A stretch of 64,000 bases of DNA. It comes from Paraspadella gotoi (taxonomy: Eukaryota; Animalia; Chaetognatha). Below, piece by piece: positions 11,537 through 40,672 of this stretch. Under the pieces are notes generated by a model. The model was not told where the DNA came from. It searched no databases and saw only the letters and a program-made list of their open reading frames with translations. The stretch covers positions 31,004,135-31,068,134 of the forward strand of contig CM119264.1 in the NCBI GenBank assembly GCA_051294375.1, given 5' to 3'. The position numbers were made by a program, and so were the translations under genes. Each line of letters begins with the position of its first letter. The first letter of the stretch is position 1.

Positions 11537-14500
11537 ATGGCGACGATGAACCGATTTGTGTCGCGAACTTGCGGAAAACTCGTCCTTTGCTTCTTTTTGT
11601 TGGTAAGTCTCACTCTCTCTCTCTCACTCTCTCTCTCACTGATAATCATTTCCTTCACAGTTGTCTTACATCTACAAAGTCTCCTACTCCTCCAGCGTCC
11701 AAATGAGATCGGACAACATCAATGACATAATCCATCAAAACGAACTCGTCTTCGTCAATTTTTACGCCGATTGGTAAAATTCACATCTTAACATCTCACA
11801 ACTTAGCAAATAAAGTCAACTCGCGCATTAAGACATTTCTTTCCTTCCTCTTCTTTTTCCGTTAATTCTTTAAGAAAAACCTTTCTCTTTGAATGCCAAG
11901 AGATCCATTATTCATTCTGATAGAATTCAAAAATTTAAACAAAAAATGTAATTATAAAATTTTGATGTTTTATTACAGAAAATTAGTAAAAATTATTAAA
12001 ATCATCGTATGATGATGATGATTTTTTAAGGTTTTTCAAAATTTTTTATCATCAAAATATTGAAAAAAGAATTAAACTTTGTGAAGACAACTTTTTATAA
12101 GTACAAATTTTTTTTTTTAAATTTGACATTTGATATTTATAAATAAATATTAAAAAATTAATTACTAATGCTTGGACTTGGAGCCATTTTAAAAAATTTT
12201 GCTCCATTGAATGTTTTTTCAGAAATATCTTGAGGCGACTTACCACCGGTCTCTCTCTCCTGATCCACTTTTATCATCGCCCGGACCAACTTGACCATAC
12301 GGTCGCCTCGGCCCTATTATTGTGTCCGGTCAATCTAAGGTCATTGCCAAAGCTAGGGCAAAGTGACCGTGTGGAATAGACCGGCTCGAAGAAAGAGAAG
12401 AGAGGAAGGGTTTAGAGAGAGAGACCGGTGGTAAGTCGCCTCAGTCTGAAGTTTTTTTTCCCATTGACATAGATTGGCCCTATTTCAAATCATGTTAAAG
12501 ATTAATTAAATATTTTCTTTTCCCCCCGCCAGGTGCCGCTTCAGCAACATTCTGGCACCGATCTTCGACGAGGCGGCGCAAAAAGTAAAGGATGAATTTC
12601 CTCAAGTGGGCAAAGTCGTCCTGGCGAAGGTGGACTGCGACGCGGAGACAGCCATCTCTAATCTTTATCACATCTCCAAATATCCCACGCTCAAATTATT
12701 TCGAGATGGGCAGATCATGAAGAAGGTGAGCCGAAGTAGTATGGGAAAGTATGAGAAAATGTATGGAAGGGATAAAGGATAGTAATTGTAAATAAGATCG
12801 ACGGACCACGACGAGAGTTTATGTCCAACACTCGTTAATTGCCCTTGTCTCTAGTTTGAACCGGTCCCGTTTAGCTTTCTGGGATACCTCGAATCCAGGA
12901 CGAATCCATGATTAAGAAGAGTTAACTTTGCCCGTTTGGCCGATGAACAGAGGCTGATATAAAGTCAGGAAAAGTGGAGAAAGTCAAGGTCTTGCTTGGA
13001 TGAAGTTGATGAAGAAAGTTGAGGCGACGAACCAATAACCAAAGGTTGATTTTATGGCAACGGAAGGATAGCCTGTGATACCCGGGGCGCGGGGTATCTC
13101 ACCAACTGGCGTAGGGGCTGCGGACCCTCAGTGACCGCCTCCTGTCACTGGCATGTTTATACCGGCACTGTCACATTTAAGCCAGAACCGGGATACCCAG
13201 GGATTGAACCCGGGACGCACGGATGGAATGAGATGATTTAGCCTGCTCAGCCATTGAGACGAGGCTGAGGACAGACAGCAGTGAGGCAGCTTTAAGTCTT
13301 GCTGCCACAATTTGACAAATCACGACCGACAAACCAGATGGAGGGACGTGACTCTCACGGTCACGCTGGTTATTAAGTGTTATAGAATCAAATGTGACTT
13401 ATGTGGAATGGAGCTCGATAGGTCAAATCTAGCCAGGCACAATGGCACATGCAACGTCAGCATTGAGAGTGGGACAGTCCACTGACGGACGAATGCCTTT
13501 CAAGTCAAGTCAAGTTGATTGTTATGTTGGTCACTGAGCCAGCTATCGGGAGATGCCTCACCCACGTCCCCCCGTTGCAATAAGATGTAAGCGAAGGGCA
13601 ATGGAAAAATACTCTACAATGGAAAGAGTAAATTGAGTCCGAGCACCCTCGACTCTCTCTCTCTCTTTTCCCTAAACGAACTCATACATGTAATTAATAA
13701 ACTATGGCAACGGGAGGATAGCCTGTGATACCCGGGGCGCGGGGTATCTCACCAACTGGCGTAGGGGCTGCGGACCATCAGTGACCGCCTCCTGTCACTG
13801 GCATGTTTATACCGGCACCGTCACATTTAAGCCAGAACCGGGATACCCGGGGATTGAACCCGGGACGCATGGATGGAATGAGATGATTTAGCCTGCTCAG
13901 CCATTGAGACGAGGCTGAGGACGGACAGCAGTGAGGCAGCTTTAAGTCTTGCTGCCACAAAACTTTATATTTTTCTCCCCTCTCCTTATTTCTTTCCTTG
14001 AACAGGAATACCGCGGTCAGCGATCGGCCGAATCCCTCGTCACCTTCATCCGCGATCAACTCAAAGACAACGTCAAGGTCGTCGATTCCATGGAATCCCT
14101 TCAAGACGTCGAGAAAGATCGCAGCGCCGTCATCGGCTACTTCGCTCTCGCAGACTCTGCTAATTACGCCATCTTCCAACGGATGGCCAGGAGGCTCAGG
14201 GACGACTGCAACTTCTTCGCGCTCTTCGGGTAATAGGGGGGGCGGCGGGAACAGGGGGGGGGCTGGTGTGGTGTTCCGTGAGAGTATGGAGCTTTTCCGA
14301 TGTGAGTTGTTGTTTAGTTGTTGTTTAGTTGACAAACGTCGGTTCCCAGAAACTATACCGTTAAATTACTTAATCCGTTTGTTTATATTGCTTAAATTAG
14401 TAGTTCAAAACATAAAATACTGTGTTACTTTTTGTGGCAGTAGTATAAAATACCCCATTTTTGTTTTGGTCTTTTGTTGTACATAAATTGTTTTATATCG

Positions 14501-16708
14501 TTAATTACAAACGTATCTTAAATTTGGTTCAGGGAAGAGTCGAAGGGCGTGAGAGAAGACGGCGATGACAAAATCGTCTTTAGACCAAAAGTGGTGAGTT
14601 TGATTTTGGGACGAATTACTCAACGTTTTGAATCGACTTGCTTTTACTTAACTTAATTTATTCTCTCTTTACTACTGACTCTTGTCTTTTCATTTCGATT
14701 CTCTTGGCAGTTAAACCAATTTTAAAACCCGACATTTTAGTTTATAGCAGTCGTGCATATTAAGCTTGAATCAATGTTATTGTGCTCCTCTCAGCTATGA
14801 CGAATTAAGTGATAAGATTTGTGAGATCGTGACGAGTGAAAAAAAAACAAAGGCGCGATTGTCTTCATTGGAAAAAGGAAGAGGAAGAACTAAAAAAAGG
14901 GTAAATAACGGATCCACCTGACGAAAAGTTAGAGAGAGACACGTCTAAAAATACTGCGCGATCTTAAAAAATAAAAACTAACTACTTTATGAACATTTTA
15001 AGAAAAAGGTAAAACAAATTAATAAAAAAATGTCTCGTTGCGCCTCGAAGATTAAGTGCACCGTCTCGACGATCCTCTTGACCGTCGTCGTCGTCGAGGT
15101 CGTCGTCTTATTGACGCGTCTCTCGCTGAAGAAGACGTTGAACATCCACTCAGTTCCACTGAAGGTGGAGGACATGGCATGACTTAGCATGGCGTTTCGG
15201 TTTCCCTTTAATCTTTGTCATTTTTTTTCCTTCTATGCTACTCTTTTCCTCCTTTTTCCTTTTTCCTCAACCCTTTCCTTTTTCCTTAACCCTTTCCTTT
15301 TTCCTTAACCCTTTCCTTTTTCCTTAACCCTTTCCTTTTTCCTTAACCCTTTCCTTTTTCCTTAACCCTTTCCTTTTTCCACTCCCCTGCCTCCTACAGG
15401 TGGGCGACGAATCTTTCTACTCTGGCGACATCTCCGCCTACGAGACTCTCCAGTCTTGGGGCAGCGAGAAGTGCGTCCCTCTCGTGAGGGAGATCACTTT
15501 CGAAAACGCGGAGGAGTTGACGGAAGAGGGGCTCCCCTTTCTCATTCTCTTTCATCATCCGGACGACAAGGAGGTGAGAAAGGAGAAGTGGGAGAGGAAG
15601 AAATGGTGACTGAGAGTGAGAGAGTCATACTAAGAGAGGGAGAGACACACAGAAATGGAGAGAAACACTGCGAAAAAGAGAGGGAGAAACAGAGAGCAAG
15701 ACAGAGAGAGATATGGAGAAACAAAGAAAGAGCGAGAAATCTGGAAGGAGACACAAAAAGAGAGAGAGAGGGAGACTAACTTATTAAACTTTTTCACTCC
15801 CGTTTCCTTTCGCAATCAGACGGTGTCCCAATTCACGGAGACTGTGGCGACTCAGTTGATGGACGAGCGATCGAACGTCAACTTCCTCGTCGCCGACGGT
15901 CTCAAGTTTTCTCATCCTCTTCATCATCTGGGGAAGACGGAGAAGGATCTCCCCGTCCTCGCCATCGACTCTTTCCGTCACATGTACATCTTTCCCGAAA
16001 TCAAAGATCTCACGTGAGTTAGAGAGAGAGAGAGAGAGACACAGAGTTTTGGTGGGCTGGCTGGGGGATTAGAGATTGTGGATTAGGGTTTTGACAGATT
16101 AGTGCTTGTGGGATTAGGGCTTGGGGCATTAGTGCTTGTGGGATTAGGGCCGTAGATGACCTTAACTTTTTAAGTTTAAAATTCATTCAACACGTTTATA
16201 TATAATCATGTATATTATTTATAATAATTATACTATTATTTTCCTCCTTTCCTTTATAGGAAACCTTATAAATTAAAGCAGTTCCTGCTCGACCTCCACT
16301 CGGGTAAGCTGCATCGCGAGTTCCACCACGGACCGGATCCCGAACCGGAGACGCCCAAACCGGAACCGGAACTTTCGCCATCCGAAGGAGGTGAGGCAGG
16401 TGGATGCGAGTTGGTGAAGGGAAACGAAAATTAACTTATAAACCCACTATCGGCGCTGCCTTTCTAAGCTCCCTTTTTAATTCCCTACCCTACTTTAACC
16501 ACTTATTAACCGAACGCGTTAACGCCCCTAACCCCCGCCACCCTCTCCCCTTTCCCAAGGCGACATTCCCCGCGAAGATCCCGAGCCATCGCCCTCGGAC
16601 GAGGCGCCAATCCGCGCCGCCGCCGCATCCTCGGATCCACCAGAGTCGATGTTCGTCAATTTGGCGCCGTCGAGGAATCGCTACACCATCTTAAAGGACG
16701 AGTTGTGA
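11537..16708 (+). CDS. ERP44: Endoplasmic reticulum resident protein 44 (thioredoxin/PDI family), 9 exons
   Basis: Signal-peptide exon 11537-11602; VFVNFYADW|CRFS motif across exons 11661-11773 and 12533-12725; SKYPTLKLFR; EYRGQRS (14006-14229); VPLVREITFENAEELTEEGLPFLILF (15400-15573); IDSFRHMY; DLHSGKLHREFHHGPD; terminal RYTILKDEL*. Confidence 0.97.
11910..12483 (-). repeat. AT-rich interspersed repeat, inverted relative to a related copy at ~45755-46170
   Basis: Shared blocks, e.g. aaaatcatcgtatgatgatgatgattttttaaggttttt vs aaaaaccttaaaaaatcatcatc...gatgatttt, and tgacatagattggccctat vs atagagccaacttgtca. Confidence 0.6.
12231..12443. mobile_element. MITE-like element with perfect 29-bp terminal inverted repeats, inserted in another repeat within ERp44 intron 2
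   Basis: tgaggcgacttaccaccggtctctctctc (12231-12259) is the reverse complement of gagagagagaccggtggtaagtcgcctca (12415-12443). No clear TSD. Confidence 0.8.
13053..13309 (-). mobile_element. 257-bp non-autonomous element with tRNA-like Pol III boxes, 4-bp TSD (ATTT)
   Basis: Ends TATGGCAAC...GCTGCCACA, flanked by attt on both sides. Minus strand carries A-box TGGCTGAGCAGG and B-box GGTTCAATCCC. Confidence 0.85.
13703..13959 (-). mobile_element. Second near-identical copy of the same element, 4-bp TSD (AAAC)
   Basis: Differs from 13053-13309 at only a few bases; flanked by aaac on both sides. Confidence 0.85.
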
Positions 16709-18278
16709 TTGGAGGAGAAACCGTGGTTGAACGTTTTGATTGGAGGAGGAGCTGCGATAAGACTTGCTCTAATTGGAGGAGGCACTGCGATTAAGCGTGT
16801 TCTGATTGGCGGAAAGACGCTAAAAGACTAGTTCGGAAGGGGGGGGGGTAGGTTTATTCGTAACCATCCTAAGAACTATGCATCGAGTAGGGGGTTATCC
16901 GGGAGGCGCGACGAAGGGCGATTCGTGAGGAAGGGCATTACTTGGGAATTGTGAATGCGCTAACCATTTGTTGTTTTAAAAATTCGCGCCGAACACCAAG
17001 GACTGTAATTTTTGGGCGGGGATGGATTTGGGGGGGGGTTGTGTTAGGGTTTGATCGCCTTAGAGAGACGAGGCCACTCTCGAACGGACCCATTTTATTT
17101 AACAGTAAACGTTTAACTAGATTTTTATTTCGCTTTTTATCTTTACTTCTAATATCCGAACTGTCTACGTGGGTTTGGGATCAACGTCTCCAGAAATAGT
17201 TTTGATTGTCGGATATTATATTTCGGTTCCAAGGGTTAAATGCGTTTTACGTTTAGGTAGTATTAATTAATTTGGTGCCAAAATCAAATTGTTTATTATA
17301 AGAATCGCCTGAAGAACCAGATTTATTTGTAATTTTTTGTTTGTTTTTTTTACCTGTCGTGATAAGAGTATATTTTTAGGTGCGTTCCATTACCATGAAT
17401 TTTCTAAAAGGTTGACCCGCTCAATCATGGGTTAATGATTAGGGTTAAACTTAAACTATCTTTTTCACTCATTTTTATTTTTTAATTTCTTCAATTTTAA
17501 AACAAAAAACTTCTCAACAGTTTAAAGCTGATTCTGGGGTGAAATGTTTTCAAACTTTTTTTTTCATAAAGATTCATCATCATAAATTGTCATCGCTGTG
17601 TAGATACTCGATAATATGTTAATAAACATGTTCCTTTAAATTTAACATTAATGCTTAGCGCGTTATTCACAAGCACAGATTGCTACCATATCAAGATAAG
17701 ATAAAAATTTGCATTTTGTAAAGCTTAAATGCCGAAATTAATTATTTCATACTTCTAATTTTGTGTGTCGCCGTTAAAAACTGTTTTAGACCTCATTTGT
17801 TTCAATTAGGGCTTAAAACCAATTGTTAAATTATAATGAGTGTTTGACTTGGAAGAGACCGCCGTCGACAACCTGAATTCAATTGTTAGTTTTTTCTTAA
17901 TTTCAGATCGTATTTTTTTTAATCAATAGCTATGCTTTCATCGCAGTTGTAGTATTACCCACATTTTAGTAGAAGTGCAATTTAATCAGCTTTTTAGGTT
18001 TAAAATTTTTTTTTTCTTTTCAGATTTGTATTTCCCGAATTTTGGATCAGATTATGATGTTTTATTTTTAGATATTTTTGGATAATAATTTAAAATTGTT
18101 GCTACATTCCGTCTTATTTTTAATTTTAAAGTTGTATTCCATTTGGATCTTGAAGCCGGGTTTCAACAGGAAAAAAAAAATTTTTTTGAGCTAATATTGG
18201 AAATCTCCTCGCGTAATGTCAGGTCAAATTTAGAGCGACGTGTCATTGTCATTTCACTTTATAACAAAAAATAAAAAA

Positions 18279-18375
18279 TGCTCCAGGTGAGGCTCGAACT
18301 CACAACCTCCGCATATCTCAACACAGCCAATACTGCTTATAAGTACGGCGCGCTAACCGATTGCGCCACTGGAGC
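18279..18375 (-). tRNA. tRNA-Ile(UAU) with a 23-nt intron (18315-18337)
   Basis: Minus strand reads GCTCCAGTGGCGCAATCGGTTAGCGCGCCGTACT-TAT-A[AGCAGTATTGGCTGTGTTGAGAT]ATGCGGAGGTTGTGAGTTCGAGCCTCACCTGGAGCA. The intron sits at the canonical 37/38 position and the gene is followed by a T6 Pol III terminator. Confidence 0.97.
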
Positions 18376-19064
18376 TTCGACAAAAGAACATTGTAAACGG
18401 CCTTTAATATCTAGTTAGATTTGGTTTTTCCGAATTCTCAAATTAGAGTAATTAAAATGACCAATGATGTTATTCACTGGTAATATGCTAATCATTATTA
18501 TTTTTCTTTATGAAAATACTGATTATTATTGGTTGCTCTATTTTAAAATTAATTTGCTTTAATTTTTCTGACTTCATTTTCAAGTCCCTTTTCTCACGTT
18601 TTATTGTCAGTGCTCCTTGCACTTTTTATTTTATTTTATTTTTTATTTTATTTTATTTTTATTATATCAGGTTCCTTCACTGTTATCTCTCTCGGGTACG
18701 AGGATTGCATAAGTGAATCTTTCTCTATCTTTCTCTCTTCCCCCTCTCTCCTTTTCTCGAACTTTGATTGCCTTTATGTTTGTCCTCTCTAATTCTCCTC
18801 TCTCTCTTACTTCTTTTTCCTTCTCGTCGTAACAAAAGACTATTTTCCTCTTCGTTACGATTTTAGGACGCCGTCGACGAAAAACATAAGAAAAACAAAG
18901 CCCCGGGATCAAAGATGGCGCTGCGACTCTCTCTCTCCCCTTTCTCTCTCTCTCCTTTCTCACTCTCTCTCTCTCTCTCTCCCTCCAGCTTTACCTCACT
19001 CTCTCACACTCTAAAAGAACATCGAGTGCGGCCAACACACTCTCTCTCTCTCTCTTCTCTCTTC

Positions 19065-19111
<47 letters not shown>

Positions 19112-19372
19112 GGCGATGGTGCTGATGATGGGTCCTCTCCAGCGAAGTAGCTTCTCTCTCGACGCGCGGAAGACGTGAAAACTTTCGACTTGTGAAGAAC
19201 GACTGACTGACTGATTGATTGATTGATAACCGATCGCATCACTAGCCGAAGTTTTGTCTCGACTTTTTGACTTTGACTTCTCATTGCAACAGTTGTGTTT
19301 TATCGATTGTGCAAGGAACTTTGACAAATACTTTTTTTAAATTTATGGTCAAAAAATCTCAACTTGGGTTAC

Positions 19373-19514
19373 TTTTACTTTCGCCAACCGGAGTTAGGGG
19401 TAGTTAGGGTTAAAAGGATTTAGGGTTAGGGTAATTGGGTAATATTTTTTTTTAAATAAATATTTTAAAGTTATTTTTCAAAAGACGCCAAAACCACGGT
19501 CGGCGAAAGTAAAA
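19373..19514. mobile_element. Short element with terminal inverted repeats and an internal TTAGGG-like tract; inverted sister copy at 40533-40672
   Basis: ttttactttcgccaaccgg ... cggtcggcgaaagtaaaa, with the same ends and interior motifs at 40533-40672. Confidence 0.7.
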
Positions 19515-21156
19515 TTTATCCGTTTTTTTGTTTGTACATCGGGACAATTTTGCACCTCTGATATTTTAATTTCATCTTTGATAGTCGAAGTCTCGTAATT
19601 ACATCCGTTCCACGTGCTTTTAAAACAATGCTTACCGCTTAATGCTTAATGCTTACCGCTTAATGCTTGCCGTCGGTCTCACTTTGCATTCACTGTTTTT
19701 TTCGTTTTTTCTTTACCTTAATCGAGACTCATTCTTTTTACTAGTTAATTATATCACTATATTATTTATAATTACATCTCCATCGATTTTCCTTCTCTTA
19801 TCTCATGGACCTTTCTCTCTCTCTCCGCTAGTTTTTCTTCTTCTCCTGATTCTGGGGCGAATCTTTTTTTTTGCTTGGATTGCAAGAAAAAGCGGAAAGG
19901 AGGAAGCAACGTTTCTCTCTTTTCATTTCCACGTCCGACTCTGACTCCGACTCCTCACTCACGACCCTAACTCTCAATTACTACCAAAAAAATGTCAACT
20001 GTTGATTCAGACCTGTTCTCTTCTCTGCAACCTAACTGTCAACTCTGACTTGATCGGTAAATATGACCTGTATGTATGTACCTCTGGCCTGTACAATGTA
20101 CATATGACCTGCAAACAACATTATGTCAACTCTGATCTAATCTGTGAAATTTAATGCAAATGGTTTACTCTGGACCTCACATTGACAAATGTTAACTGAA
20201 ATTTTAGTTTCATTGTTGCCTTTAATTTCTCAAATGTCTTCTCAAATTGACCAACCTAGACTTGACTGACTGACTGACCACTACTGAATGATGTGGAATC
20301 CGACCTCAACTATCACGTCTCGCGTCTTTCCAACTTTCCAATTATCCTTCCATTCCAGTCAAAACTTGATTCCCCTAATTTGCATATAACGAAAATATTC
20401 TTGTATTTTGATTAGTTTACGATCTCTCTCTCAGGCCGAGCTTTAAAAAAAAATCCCAAGGCGGCGTCGATTTCCCCCTTCCCCAATTCGACGAAAGAGG
20501 GCGTTCGGACTTCAACGCGCCCCCTCTTGCCGCCAGCCACGCCCACCATTAACGTTACCTTCGCCGCTTCCGTCGCTTCGAAAACTCAGCAGAACGCCGA
20601 AGCAGCAGCATCCCGCCGCCTCCGCCCCGATCCGCATCCAAAGGACGGAATACGTCTCTCCATCGTAACTTAACTTTTGAGCAGCGTCTCTTCGAAAGGA
20701 AGAACACCTAAAGGAGATCCTCTGTCCACGCCTCGGTCTCGCCCGCCTCGTCAACATTTCCCCCTCTCTCTCTCCCTCTCTTCCTCTCAAATGGAATACT
20801 CGGTGAGAGAGAGAGACACCCTGGCCGGCGTCTTCTCGTTCCGTCGGCTCTCGCGGCCCGGCCTTTGGTCGAGGGTCATGGCCGGGATCGAGTGATTGAG
20901 CGATCGATTGATCGATTGACCCTCGACGGATCGAGTCAATCCACTTCACAAGAGGGACAACCGATCGCTTGACTTTTTAACTCTTGAAACTACCCCCCCC
21001 CCTCCGTTGGTGAGGGGGAGAGAAAACGAAACGGAAGCAACAAACGTAAGAAACTGAGAAAAAAAAAAAGAAACGATTTTGTTTTGTGGGCGATAAAAAC
21101 GAGGACTTTATTCTCGTCAAAAAAAAACACAAAAACTTAGTATTAAAAGCGAGAAA

Positions 21157-21194
<38 letters not shown>

Positions 21195-21226
21195 TCATTC
21201 CGACGTCAAGAGACAGAGACGTCACG

Positions 21227-36745
<15,519 letters not shown>

Positions 36746-39428
36746 CTTTGTTCTGGGCGACGACGCGTAGCTTTTTCTTTTCTTTTCTTCTTTGCTTCCT
36801 CCCTCTTTCCTTCCTTTCTTCCTCTTTTCCTCCCGCACCACCGCCCCTCCGATTTTCCCCCCTACCGATCCTCTCCTCGCGTCATCCGCGAACTACAACA
36901 ACAACGACGACAAAAAAATAATCGGGGAGAACGAGACGCGATCGCGAGACCTTCTTCTCCACAATACCCTCCCCAACCTCCATTCGGCCCAGGAGTCGAT
37001 GATGAATTTTGGAAAACGAAAACTCGAAAAGGAGAAAAGTTTCCTCTCGTTTTCCTCCTCCTCCTCTTCTTCTTCCTCCTCCTCTTCTTCCTTGCCCAGA
37101 TTGAAGCCAACATAAAGTAGAAGAGCCTTTCCCCAGTCCCTTACCCCAGCCCCTTACCTTCTGGATTTCTTCCTCACCCTTTGACCTCCTCTCTCGTCCC
37201 TTATGGGCTTTATCTCTTTAAACCCTTAGCTTCTCAAGCTGCCTGACCCCTTTCCTTCTCCTTTTCCCTCCCTCTCTCTTTTCCCCTCCCCCTCTCTTTT
37301 CCCTCCCCCTCTCTTTCCCTCTCCCCTCTCTCTCTTCCCTTTCTTCTTTCCAAACCCTGAAAAAAAAACTACATTGAAAAAAGTTTTGATTTTTCTTAAA
37401 AATATTTTATTTGCGCTGAATCCATTTATATTGTTAATAGCCTTTTTTTTTTTTTATATGGCCAAGCAAAAACGATGCATTTTATTTTAGGTCGCAAGTT
37501 CTACTACGAATTTAATTTCTTAGTTAATTTGATTAATCAATGAATCAATGAATCACAGACTCAGTGGGTAAGACTTTCGTTGGTGGGGCACGTCGGTCGG
37601 TCAGTCGGCGAAGACTTTCTGGGGTTTTTTTTTTTGGCGAATTTTTGAACATTTTTCCCCCTTTTTTAGTTAAAGAATTAAATATTATGAAAAGGATTTA
37701 TTAACAATTTAATTAATAATTATTAACAATTTAACTCGAAGAAAAAATAAACGTCGATTAAAAAAAAACCGAAATTTTTTTTCGACCAATTATTCGAGTC
37801 TTCTCTATCTTTGTTTCTCTTTGGGGTTTAGAGGCCACATGNNNNNNNNNNTTAACAATTTAATTAAAAATTATTAACATTTAACTCGAAGAAAAAATAA
37901 ACATCGATTAAAAAAAAACCGAAATATTTTTTTCGACCAATTATTCGAGTCCTCTCTATCTTTGTTTCTCTTTGGGGTTTAGAGACCACATGCCCAGATG
38001 GCCCCAAAAANNNNNNNNNNNNNNNNNNNNNNNNNNNNNNNNNNNNNNNNNNNNNNNNNNNNNNNNNNNNNNNNNNNNNNNNNNNNNNNNNNNNNNNNNN
38101 NNNNNNNNNNNNNNNNNNNNNNNNNNNNNNNNNNNNNNNNNNNNNNNNNNNNNNNNNNNNNNNNNNNNNNNNNNNNNNNNNNNNNNNNNNNNNNNNNNNN
38201 NNNNNNNNNNNNNNNNNNNNNNNNNNNNNNNNNNNNNNNNNNNNNNNNNNNNCTCGGAATTCGTACGGACATTTTTCTCTTGTCGCCCGGAGAAAAGAAA
38301 ATGTTGGTTTTTTTGCGTCGACGAATCTAAATTTGCGTTTTATTTTGATGCCGAATTAATTTCGGTTTGAGTTTTAAATTTCCTCCGACTCTTAAAACAT
38401 TAATTATATTTTAAAAATTATATTTTAAAATAATAATTCTATTTTCTTAAAGGGGGGAACTTGAAAGATTATAGAATTTTTAGGATTCCGCTTAGAGAAA
38501 TAAAGTATTCTTTCCTAATTTCAAAAGCAGCAGAGAAGATTTATTATTTTACTTATAATTTCGCCTGGCAACGTTCCCCATTGCATTAATATTATTTGTT
38601 TTGAATTTATATTTTTAATTTCTGTTTAGAAATAAAAATTTTTAATCAAGAATATTGATAAAAATTTATATATTTATATATTTTTATTCCAATTTATTTC
38701 GCTGAACTTGTTATTTTACTATCAATAAATACCGATCCATCTGCTTACGCCATTATCACTAACTTTTTGACCTTGATATTATATAATGTTATATTATATC
38801 ATATTATATCGTATTATATTATATCAGTATCACCAACTTTTTGACCTTGATAATGATAGTCGATGTTTGAATTTCAAATTTAATCTGTTGACAAAAAACA
38901 TTGCGTTTATATAGTCTTGTTTGGGGGCATTATGCCAAGCGGTTTGATTTTCGGCGATATACATATTTAACCGAAATGTTAAATTTTTTATTTAGATTTT
39001 AATGACTAAAAAATCGAAGTCTCGATGCATAATTCATAAGCAAAGAAAAAAAGTAGGTTAACTTTACTAATATGAATTCTGGAGTCCAGAAGTTAAAACC
39101 ATATGATTATCGTTTAGATTTATTATTGAGTCAAATTCGGATGAATTACATTTTTAATTATTGACTCTGGGATGAATATCAGTTTAGTTTTTATTCATAA
39201 ACAAAGGAATAAAGTATTTGGCGCCTGTTTTGTCTTTCTTTGCTTCTTTCTCTCCATTTCCCTTCCTCGACCTCGACGTCGTCCTCGTTAAAGGAAGATG
39301 GGAAATTGTCTCATAATCAAATCTGGATTTCTTTTTCTTTCTCGCGTTTTACTTTTTGCGCCTTTTTCGTTTCTCTGTTTTCTTTTGATGTTTCGCACAA
39401 GGAGATGTTTTTGTTGCGGAGGAAATCG

Positions 39429-39488
<60 letters not shown>

Positions 39489-40532
39489 TCTCCCTCTGTC
39501 GCAATAACGATTATTTTTTTTAATCCTTATCAAAACAAAGTTCTTAGACTCTCGTCTCTATGTATTACGATAATGTATTACATAGTATATAATCGCTTAA
39601 TTTACGATAAACTCTCGCGATACTTTGCACGAAACGATTTGTGGGAATTTGAAAGTTGACAAAAATTTCTTTTCCTTTCTAGAAAACAAAAATATGAAAA
39701 AAGAAAACTTGAAAAAGTCGGGATTTAACGCTGTTGACCTGACATGACATGGAGAAAAGTTAATACAAGAGATTTGCCTGAGAAAAAGTAGCCAGTTAGC
39801 TTGGTATGTTGTTATTATTATCATTATGATTTTGATGTTGAGTTTGAAAGAGTTTAAAATTAAAAATTCAACTTATTCGAAAGAATGAAATGTTAACTCG
39901 AGGTACTGAGTTAGAAAAGAAAGAAGAGACACAGCAACAGGGAGATAATCAAATAATTATTGACGATTAATGATAATTCATATAAATTATTATAATTCAT
40001 ATAAATTATTACATTCCTCCTTCCATCCCACGGAAAAGAAAACGTGGATCTTTTGTCTTTCGTTCGATTCCCGATTTCTCCGCTAGAGGCGACGATGACG
40101 ACGACGACGAACACCGAAATGTTTTCTCCGGAATCCAGGAAATTCTTTCCGGTCCACCACAAAAACAATAGATTTCTTTTTTCTTTTTGGCCAAAATAGA
40201 AGCAAAGTCAAAGAGTCTCTGTAATTCTGTATTTCGGTGGCGTGTTTACGCTTGCGGCGTCGAACATTGTCCAAAACCGCAATAGATATATCCAGACATT
40301 GTTCCGTCGCATGATGTGCGTGGACAACATACGAATTTTCCCAAACTTCGCGTGGGATTTAATTTAACATCAGAGAAATAAGATCATCTCACGTGGGTTA
40401 AGGACGATAGTGACCATTTCTGGTATTTGTTAGCGTTTCTTTCATTGCCCTCTCTTGCCTCCGCAAGATTTAGATTTAGATTTAGATTTAGACCTTCCTT
40501 TGCGATTTACAATTTCTTTCAATGGCAAAATC

Positions 40533-40672
40533 TTATTTCGCCCACCGGAGTTTTGGCGTTTTTTTAAAAACCACTAAGAAATATTTATTTAAACAAAAAT
40601 TAATAAAAACTATTACTTAATTACGCTAACCCTACTTACTCTTAACCCTAACCCCGGTCGGCGAAAGTAAAA
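40533..40672. mobile_element. Inverted sister copy of the 19373-19514 element
   Basis: ttatttcgcccaccggagttttggcgt ... ccctaaccccggtcggcgaaagtaaaa. Confidence 0.65.

Noticed and set aside
13053-13959. Two direct repeats as the LTRs of one TRIM element
   Set aside because: Each copy has its own distinct TSD (ATTT, AAAC) and the outer flanks do not match, so they are independent insertions.
14794-14900. Possible cassette exon in ERp44 intron 5
   Set aside because: In the ERp44 frame it hits TGA immediately and it shows no recognisable homology; it may simply be leader sequence of the candidate internal first exon.
37723-38010. Tandem duplication of ~130 bp
   Set aside because: The copies sit on either side of a 10-N gap, typical of unmerged contig overlap.
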